DNA of 57,615 nt, counting the filler, from Diploschistes diacapsis (taxonomy: Eukaryota): NCBI GenBank assembly GCA_023645945.1. It is 6 parts of 6 records of this genome, joined end to end, with 100 filler letters (N's around TTAATTAATTAA, not from the genome) between each part and the next. Parts side by side here need not be neighbours in the genome. Positions count along the whole stretch, not along the records: positions 28,890 to 38,405 come from JALAIB010001033.1; positions 38,506 to 48,013 come from JALAIB010001034.1; 4 more parts are not named here. One strand, 5' to 3'. Made by a program: the position numbers and the translations under genes. This document shows positions 36,401 through 45,500 of this stretch, piece after piece. Within the stretch, counting starts at the first letter, position 1, and each line of letters starts with the position of its first letter. A model generated the notes under the pieces. That model was not told the origin of the DNA, searched no databases, and worked only from the letters and a program-made list of their open reading frames with translations.

Positions 36401-36429
36401 TGGAAGCGGATTTTGAGCGGCGGCGATAA
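30413..36429 (+). CDS. ZNFX1-like SF1 (UPF1-like) RNA helicase with 2 N-terminal CCCH fingers, NF-X1-type Cys/His array, RING-like segment and C-terminal RZ finger, ~1987 aa; exons 30413-30429 and 30483-36429
   Basis: RHDNDH, LLDRQFRLLRED, Walker A QGPPGTGKS, YTNHALDQ, IEEAGE, IGDHEQLRP, SLFERL, QRRMHPSI, TVDNFQGEE, RINVLLSRAR; repeated CGH-x-C units; GHWYYCANGHPFTVGECGMPMETSRCPQCGATVGGTHH. Intron 30430-30482 completes the first CCCH finger. Confidence 0.92.
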
Positions 36430-38405
36430 TGATGATAATGGTGGTGGTGGAGGTAGTAGTGAATGTTCACGGAACAATGAAGAGGATGGAGACCGAGGTA
36501 AAGTTGCTTTGAGACGTGCAGACAAATAAAGACGAATCTGATAGTAGATAGGAGGATGATGAAATGGTTGTATGGGAAAGCCGGCGGGGTATGCTAATAG
36601 CACCGCAGCTACACTTTGGTTTTTGTTATGGGCTTACGGAAAGATTGGCTATTGGAAAATCAATTGTCGGTGGTTTGACACGATAGCGGAATCAATGATT
36701 TTCGGTGCTCCATCGTTCTTTAGATATCAAATGGTTTGCAGAGAAACCGATTCATACTTCACATGGGAAACGGCGGTAACATGTGGCTGAAGCTCGATCT
36801 AAGCCCATAGCACCCAATCTCACACAGATATCTTTTTTATCTTCGGCTTTCTACGCGGACTGCAATTGCTGGCATGGAACTGTGACTTGTAAGACCTTAA
36901 TGCTCATTATGGCAACTTGCAGCTTCAACCCCCCAACCTCCACACCACCACAGACATCCTCACCAGTTCACCATAGCATCGTCAAACTTTCCTCTTCCTT
37001 ACTAGTCCCCACCTCTTCAAGATGTCTTCATCCGCAAAATCCCAACTCCAACCGGCACAGCGACCATCTCAGGCAGCAATCGCTTCTGAACAACTGCCCC
37101 CGTCTGCGCACCCACGCAAAGCAAGCGTATGGGGTCCGCCCACGCGCGGCTCCACCGCCATCGGCCCGCTCAACAACCAAACGTATTGCCATCCTGCAAC
37201 AGTGCTTGCCAGGGCGTGCCTATAATCAACCATGGGCGGCTGCATAGGAGCATGCCAGGCCCTGGACCAGGACTGCAACACTTTCGCCAACCGCTTCGCG
37301 CCTGACAACGAAACCCTGCCCGGTATCGAACGGCACTTTTCGGAGCACGGGCGCTCTTACCAATGCGACTTAGCGCGACAACGACGAGGTCGATGTCGAC
37401 GGACTTCAAGTGTTACGGGTAGGGTGTTGACTTCGGCCAAGGCGACGGGGTGTGGCGACGGCTCCGAGGCCGGGCGGAAAGGGGAGGGCGCTGTGGGAAG
37501 TTGGGGTCTGGTACCGGGGTCATCTTGCGAGGTGGGTTTTTTACTTTCTGCCCATTACGTATTGATATGGATAATGGACCCGTTTTATATGCATAGCGTT
37601 GGTGCTTGTCTGCAGTGCACATTTTCCAAGGCACTAATTGTATGTATTTTCTCTTCTTATTTTCAAGTCACTTGCCTGCGTTGCTATTCCATCCCATTTC
37701 CTTTTTTTTTTTTCTCAAAGACGCATTGTTTAGGAGACTGGGATTGTCTCCGATCTAAAATATGTCAGCGAGAAAGGGTTAACCCCTGCAAAGACGACAA
37801 CAAGAAATGGTGTGACCCCCATGCACATACATACTTTCTGTGCCATAACCTAGGAAAGAGGGCACCACAAATGTTTCTTTTTGACGGCCAAGTAGCCCGC
37901 TATGCAAATGCTATACCAGATTTAAACACACCTTCTCCGCATTACTAAAAATCTTGCAGCACTTGATGAGTCCCAAAAGCCTAGACTCAGGTCCAATGAC
38001 GGTATATTTCGAATTTAGCGGGCACCATCCCCTTTCTGGCCCCCCCCCCCCTCTTGTTCTCAGTTCCGGGGTAGATAGCATGTCGGTGTAATGGGGGCTA
38101 GCTCAACCTCGCAAGTACAAGTACGATGAGAATACAGGGGGGGTCTGGGCCGCCTCTGAAGAGAAACTTGACGAGTTAGCTGAGGCAATATACAAGAGGT
38201 GTGCATCGTGAACAAATCACACACAAGTTCAAATGCAGCATGTTGGTTTCTTCCGCACGCTTTGACCTTTTTGCCACCTACCCAGCCCCCAAAGTTTCCC
38301 AAAAACGACAAGTATCTAGTTTAAAACCGCAGTAACTCCAAGCTCGCCAATCGGCAGACAGCGCGCGCAGCCCCCATTGCCGCTGCTCGACAGTATCTTC
38401 TGGAT

Positions 38406-38505
38406 NNNNNNNNNNNNNNNNNNNNNNNNNNNNNNNNNNNNNNNNNNNNTTAATTAATTAANNNNNNNNNNNNNNNNNNNNNNNNNNNNNNNNNNNNNNN
38501 NNNNN
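38406..38505. other. Artificial contig linker
   Basis: N44-TTAATTAATTAA-N44. Confidence 0.98.
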
Positions 38506-39100
38506 GTCCCCAAACGCCGTATTCCCCCTGACCTGCTCCCACACAAACTCCAGCTCGTCCACCAGCTCGCGCGCCTCCGCCGTGCCGTACGCATACGTCC
38601 GCATCGTCTCGATCAGCGTGTCGACGTACCGGCACTTGGCCGCGGCGCGGCGCAGTCCCGCGCAGGCCGCCCACGCGTCCCACTTCTCTTGCTCCGCTCT
38701 TTCTTCGCGGCTGAGGAGCTCTCCCGAACCAGAGGGGGCAGCGGCGGACGGGACAGCGGCCGGGTCGGCAGGATCGGCAGGGTGCGCGGGCGTTGTTGTG
38801 GCTGTGGCCATGGTTGTGTTTGGGTCGGGATAGCCGCCCGGCCGGTCCATGACGCCTTCGACGTCGCCCTCCATGCTCTGCTTGTAGAGGCCGTAGAGGC
38901 GCAGGCGGACGGAGGCGGGCGGCCGCGCGGAGCCGGAGCGCGGGATTTTGCGGACCGTTTGGAGGGCGTGCGCGAAGACGCGGTCTGGGGGTGGAAGCGG
39001 GGAGGGGCGTCAGCGGAAGGGACTTTGGATTCGTAGTCTGGAAAAGAGGGGGGGAAGGTGGAAGGCGGGAGGCGGAGGACTTACCGATCGAGTCCGCCAT
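38506..39100 (-). CDS. Acyl-CoA-binding (ACB) domain protein, long fungal type (Atg37/ACBD5-like); 3'-truncated; exons 39100-39085 and 38984-38506
   Basis: Intron 38985-39084 gives MADSIDRVFAHALQTVRKIP...RLRLYGLYKQSMEGDV...EKWDAW...AKCRYVDTL, the ACBP motifs LYGLYKQ and KWDAW. Confidence 0.85.
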
Positions 39101-40752
39101 TGTGGCACAGGAGCGAACAGATGTGCGGCGGTTGGGAGTAAGGGGGTCGGAGTGTCTCGGTTGCCGGGGCGAGGGGACTGTTATATGGCACGCGCACGGG
39201 CGCTGGAGGTAGCGTGGGCTTGCAGCACGCTCGGGCTTAGTGCAGGAGTGATGACATGGCTGATAAGGTAGCGGCTGGAAGCGGTATGCTGCAGGTATCT
39301 TCACCTTCCGTGGACTGGACGGGAGAGAAGAACACGCCTGTTGTCATACGGAAACGAAGGTTAGGTCTCGAATTTTGTAACTCCGATGTAAAACAGGCGC
39401 GATGGGAACCCACACGGTTCTCGTCGAGTATTCGTGTTTCGAGAAGCTGCGTCGTATATTCGAGACGCAAGAGATATCCAAGGCGTAGCAGGATTGCCAA
39501 GGCTGGGTTCGAGAATCGATTAGTTGGCAAGCGCGTAGTATCTGGAACCCTTGTAATTCAAGAGCTAAAGTAATTGTGCACGAAATAGAGAAATATAGGG
39601 ACCTCAAGGGCTAATATCCAACTCGCGTGAAAGAGCCAAAGCTTGCCAGCACAACACGCCAAAATGAGGCTCCCAGGCTCACTTCCCCTGCGCCCGATAA
39701 ATGCATGTTGTGCCCCCTGGCTAACCATGTTTCTTTTATTTCCGAAAAGTCCGTCTAGTAATCATTAAACTAACCGTCCCTAGCGCTAGTGCAGTCACGT
39801 GATTTCAGGGGAAGGGCAAGACCGATTAGGAAACTTTGGACGGCAGGCGTTTTTGTGCCGACTGAGGTTGGGGATGGGCTCAAATTGCGGGTGCTTAAAA
39901 CGATAGACGCATAATGAGGCATTCAATTTTCCAGATACTGCTTGCAGAAGTGTAAAGAGAGAATTTAAGTGTATAGTTTGCAAATGCGAGCCACCTGATT
40001 TTGAGCTAGAAGAGCTAATAAAGAGCTGGGAGAGCTGAAGAACACTGTGAATGGATCGCCTTCGATATAGCTGAATGATCAGTGAATATCCGTTGGGCAA
40101 GACACCCCTCAACTTAAGGTAGGCCGTCTCGCTAAGGTAGTAGTAGAAGCATGCTTGTGGGTTGGAAATGACTTTTTCCAGAGGCTCTATGAAAGATGTT
40201 CATATATCAAGTCTGAACTGTCCTCATAAAATTATGTTTTCCATTGTAAACACTCTCGAGGGACGTCCCATGTACTGCTTAAGTTTGCGAGCCACCCGGA
40301 ACCACCATCACATGGAACCTTATAGACGACTTATCGTCCAATCAGAGTCTCTATCAGGTGTGTATCCCATAACGTGCCCAATGTTTAATGATATTAGCTG
40401 AGAGGCATGCTGAAAGATCAAGCAAACTTTGCTGAACGAAAGCGTAGTCCAATTGAACACATTGGGAAGAGCACCGCAATAATGCCTTGATACGAGAGTT
40501 GTACGTGAACACAACTCGAAACAAAGAGGGGCTGGAACTCAACTGGTCTTAAGGCGCAGCAGATCTCTCTCCTCTGTCACGTTTGCGAGTTTAAATCAAC
40601 ACAAACAAGTCATTTTTGAAGCACCAACCACTCGCATCTCGGATTTTCCAAACCTCTTTCTCTCACACCCTCAGTAAGTCATTTCTCTAACTTATTATCG
40701 CCCAAGCTCAATAACGACTGTAGAGTTAGCTGACTCAAAACAAGTTAGCAGA

Positions 40753-41553
40753 ATGGCACGTAAGGTCAGAGGCAAGGCCAAAGCCAAGACCGAACCCAAA
40801 CAAGTAGAAGATGTCACAAAAGCAGAAGACCTCAATAAAGCGGAAGACCTCAAGCCAGCAGACAACCTCAGTCGGGCAGGCGATCCCACTGAAGCAGATA
40901 ACCTCAATAAAGCAGAGAATCCCAAAGCAGCAGATGACCTCAACCAAGCAGACAACATCAACCAAGCAGCCGAAATAAAGCAAGGAACCCCCGAGGATTC
41001 AGCGGCTGCACCCCACCAGTCCCCCGAAGACAAACCTGCCTCGACCAGCTTGACCAAGCCCAGTCCTTCTGCCCCTGAACACGTTATCCAAGGAAACAGC
41101 GACTTCGCGGACTCCACCGGCGACCAGTATCCCTACGACTACAACAACCACTACACCCGCGTCCCCCTGAGCGAGCGCCAGCTCCGAGAGCAGTGCCACA
41201 CTCTGTACGGCAAGAACTCTTCTCGCTTCCAAGAGGCCTGGTGCACCCTCCACAGCAATCCCGACGTCCCAGCCTGGTTCAAGACCGACCAGGCGGAAGA
41301 GATGGTGAAGCACGTCGCAACCGTGAATCCCCTCTCCCTTCGTCCGAAGATGACTGCCCAGGAGCTGATGGAGCTGCCGTACCTGTCGACCTTGAGCCCC
41401 TACTTCAAGCTTCCCGACGAACACCCATTTGCCAATCACCAGCGGCGACCACAGATCGGAACGCCCGACCTGGGACTCAACGCTCGTTCTCTGACTTACC
41501 TCACCCGTGCAATAGGGCCCATCCAACAAGGATGTAGGTCGAACCCGAAGTGA
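40753..41553 (+). CDS. Hypothetical protein with N-terminal hexapeptide repeats; may continue into ORF 41550-41954
   Basis: 266-aa ORF with coding-like codon usage; probable 5'UTR intron from 40674 (GTAAGT, branch GCTGAC 40729, acceptor by 40751) ending next to the ATG. No family recognised. Confidence 0.55.
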   Translation: MARKVRGKAKAKTEPKQVEDVTKAEDLNKAEDLKPADNLSRAGDPTEADNLNKAENPKAADDLNQADNINQAAEIKQGTPEDSAAAPHQSPEDKPASTSLTKPSPSAPEHVIQGNSDFADSTGDQYPYDYNNHYTRVPLSERQLREQCHTLYGKNSSRFQEAWCTLHSNPDVPAWFKTDQAEEMVKHVATVNPLSLRPKMTAQELMELPYLSTLSPYFKLPDEHPFANHQRRPQIGTPDLGLNARSLTYLTRAIGPIQQGCRSNPK

Positions 41554-42541
41554 TTGGAGATACTTACCCCGGTGCTGAACGTCCAGCAGATGCGCAGTCC
41601 AACATCTTCAGCACGCCCCCGGGCTATAACGATCCGTTCGGAGGTACCAATAGTGGTTACTCGATGGGAGCTGTTTTCGATGGACGCGGTGGTAGTGGCT
41701 TGCTGGCTTCCCGTAATTACCAGCCAGGTCCTTTCTACAACACGCGCCACAGCAGCGGATCACTGGGTTCTGGTGCTTTTCATACGAAGCTTGCTGGTCA
41801 ACAATCGAGCACTGAGGTCGGAGGAAACCCAAATAGCCAGCAAAGTGGGCAGCAAAAGCTTACTTCTGAATCCAGCTCGGAGTCTAACGATCTCAGCGAT
41901 GGTAAGTTGCAACGAGATTCATCCATGACTCGTGATATTCAGAGTGTATGCTAAGAATTCCGGTGGATGAACAGATTCCGACTACGAGCCGCCTCGCCGA
42001 GAGAAGTACCGTCGTCGTACTCGATGCTAGCTTGCAATTGTCACGTTCTGTATGCTGGAATGAAACCAATAAGTCAGTATAACAGCTTATTGAATAGCAT
42101 TGAGACTTACCTAGACTTTGTTGGCTTTACTAAGGAAGCAACGGTACTTTCGATCAGCATAGCATCTTATCAATAATACAATGCAAAGGAATACATGCAA
42201 CTTCACCAATGGGGCTAATGAACCGTTAAATGACGCTCCTATTGTTAATATTTTCCTCCTTCCCCTATCACAGTGCGTTCGACAGCCAGTAATATGCTAA
42301 GTGCATCCCACTTAAGACACCACAGAGTATGAATAGCTTCGACAATAGTAGTAGTCTCTTATGTTGAGCGAGCAAACACTTTTGAACACTCGCATTCCCA
42401 CACCTGGTTAGCCACCTTCAATTCATAAACAACCCATCTCATCTTCACCTTCTCTTTCATCGTCATCATCATCAATACATACCATCGACATCTTATCAAA
42501 AGCTGTCTCGAACCACACGCCTTTCGACGCCTGATCCTGAC

Positions 42542-45500
42542 ATGTTCTGTGATACAGATGCCGAGTTCAATCAGCTTTCAGACGCTTCAATGCAGCAGAG
42601 CCTTTCCTTACCATCAACCTCTGCTAACCAGCCTAACCCCGGCAGGGGCTTTGATGCCAGTAATCTATTCCCAAACACCCATCTCTTCGATAACACCCCT
42701 AACTTTGATAACTTTATCCCGACCGCTCATGAGTCAAATGTCGAGTTCGATTCGTTGATGGTTGAAGGTAAAGAAAGGAACAGAAGACAGCAGGACTTCA
42801 CCAAATACTTCCCTATGGAAGACCTCGTTCACAACAACGCCACTCATGGAACGAACGTTATCCTTGGTAACAGTCCAGATTGGGATCACCTCTTCCCTGT
42901 CGCTCAACAGTCCACTGGCGCTCATAGTACGCAAGTGCAGAACGCAGGACAACAGAACTTCTCCAATACCCCTATTTACAACAACTATTACAACAACGTG
43001 ATGTATGGAAACAGCGGCTCCATAAACAACGGTCTTGACATTTGTGGTTATTCTCCTGTTACCCCACGGTCTGAACGCTTCCAAGACTCCCAGTTGCTTC
43101 TTAGACAGGAGAACACAGGCAATGGGCAGTATGGCGTCTCCGAGAATACTTCTATCCAGAGCCCCAATCAGAACAGAAGGGTAGATGGAACGAGCAACAC
43201 TACCAGCAGTGGCTCCTACCTGAATAACTTGATTCCTGTCACTCAGAGCTCCATTGGCCCTCAGAATACGTCGACACTTCGAGTTCAAGGCCGCCAAGCT
43301 AGTGGGCAACATGGCGTTTCCCAGAATACTTCTATCCAGAACCCTGATCGCAATAGGACGGCATATGGAACGAACAATCTCCATTTGAATGCCCTGGGTT
43401 CCGTCACTCAGAACTCGGCTACCCTGCTTGGCTCGTTAGCGTCTCCTTTTCAAAATCTCCCAGGCAGCACACAACATGGCTTCTCCGAGCATGCTCCTGC
43501 CCAGCGCCCGAGTCGCAACATATCGGTATGTGGAATAAAAAGCCTTATCAACAACGGCGTTCACTTGGACGACTTTTCTTCCACCCGAAACTCCAGTGGA
43601 CTTCATAATTTGACAGCACCCACGCTTCAAAATGGCCGAGATAGCAGGGAACAAGTTTTTTCCTACTATACTCCTATCCAGGGTTTTGATCACAACCAGA
43701 CAGTTCGCGGGACTGCCGATCATACCGGCAACGTCCAGACCCTGAATGTCCTTTCTCAACGCACTCAGGGATCCCGACGCCCTCACAACCAGCCGTTGCC
43801 TCCTTTTCAAAATTATCAAGGCCATCCGCGACAAGCCTCTTTCAACCATTCTCCTGTCCAGAATGTCACGCCCAATCCTAATCTACAGCGATGTATGCTC
43901 CCAAGTTCAGGGGTACCTGCGAACGGTAACAGCGCAGTCAATGGAAGGTCGGGCTTTCCTAGTAACGCTCGAAACCCATTCACACGACCCAGTATGACAG
44001 CAGGTCCTGGTCTTCGTTATGCCCCAAATGCATCCACACGATCCAGTATGATATCAAGTCCTGGAATAACCTCATCCGGTTCTGTTGTGCCCGCGAATCT
44101 GTCACGATGTTACGGTGGTGATCAAATTATCAACTCCGGTAACACGACGTATTGCCAACCTCGGACGATAACTAGAGATGAAGCGGCTCAAGCCTCTCAG
44201 ATTCGAAACAGAACAAGCCAAAGAAGGGGTACCAATGCTCTCAGCACGACGTCCGGCCAGCATGGGATGCGAACAGACGCGGAAGCTGCTCAAGCCTTTC
44301 GCGAATGGCAGATAAAGAACCAAGGATACCGTACTGACGTTCCTAATCTGATGTCCCAACGGACTTTCAATGTATCCAATGCTCAACCAGTTCAAGCTTT
44401 GCAAAACCAAAGACGAACGAACCATGGACCTCGTACCGATGCCCCTAATGTAATGCTCACGCAGCCATCTCTGTCATCCGATGCTCAACCAGCTGGAGGA
44501 GTCCAAGAAGGGCAGACACAGAGCAAAGGATTCTTTGACGGCGATCCTATGTTCGAGATAAGACAGACCTACGGCAGTCATATGCAAGTAATAACCACAG
44601 CTGCTCTGCAAAAAGCACGGGCGTCCACAAACCCTATGCAGCAGCAGGCTTCGAAAAAACCTGGTCCTGGATCTCGTACGCAGCGAAGTACCTCAGTCAT
44701 TCCGCATATCCCGCAACCGCCGATCAACCCCATGCAGTCAGACAAGTCCGCAGCGCCAAGGAGATCGAGAGCATCCGAGAACCCAAAACGGCCTAGAGCT
44801 TCAGTGACTCCAAACATCTTGCAGACGCCGTCCAATGGTACGCAGTCAAGCACTTTCGCGACCCCCAATCCACCTCAATCGTCTGGCCAGGCAGTTCAGT
44901 CCAACGCCTCAGCAACTCACAGCATACCGCAGACATCTATTGATCCCGTTCCACCGAGTATCTCGCGAGTCCCAAATCAGGAGTCCTCCTCTGGTATAAT
45001 TGACTTGACAAGTGATGAAGTCCTCTTGACGAATGATAACAGCTGGCCATCACATATAGAAGTCGATGCTTTACCAGAGAATTCTGTCCAGTTGAGCGGT
45101 ACTCAAGAGAACGCCATAGCACCTTCAGGGACTACCTTCGGAAATCAAGATGGCGTTCTATCCAGCACTCAAAACCTTAACGAGTCACATAATCCTCCTA
45201 CTCAACACCTCCAATCTCTTCCACCGACCCAGGTAACTTCTTCTAACCGAGCCAATAAACGACCGCTTGAGGCACCTGATACACCGATAGACACACGTCC
45301 TAAAAAGAAGCAAAGACGTAAGGAATCGAAGTGGAGCACTGGAGATGCACAGGCTAGCAGTACCGAGCAATTCAGCGGATCTTCGATGAATGCTAATGTT
45401 TCGAACGAAGTACCCACTGCAAGAGGCGGCGGCAAGCGGAAAAGGACTGAAGATGAACCTAAAACTACTGCTTCGACAGAAACTGGCGAACAAAATGACA

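Noticed and set aside
37232..37948. 238-aa ORF as a complete gene
   Set aside because: The 3' half runs through T-rich, UTR-like sequence with a poly-T tract; only the short Cys motif is noted, as a weak finding.
39237..40550. Short ORFs between the ACB-domain gene and the orphan genes
   Set aside because: No motifs or consistent splice pattern; treated as intergenic.
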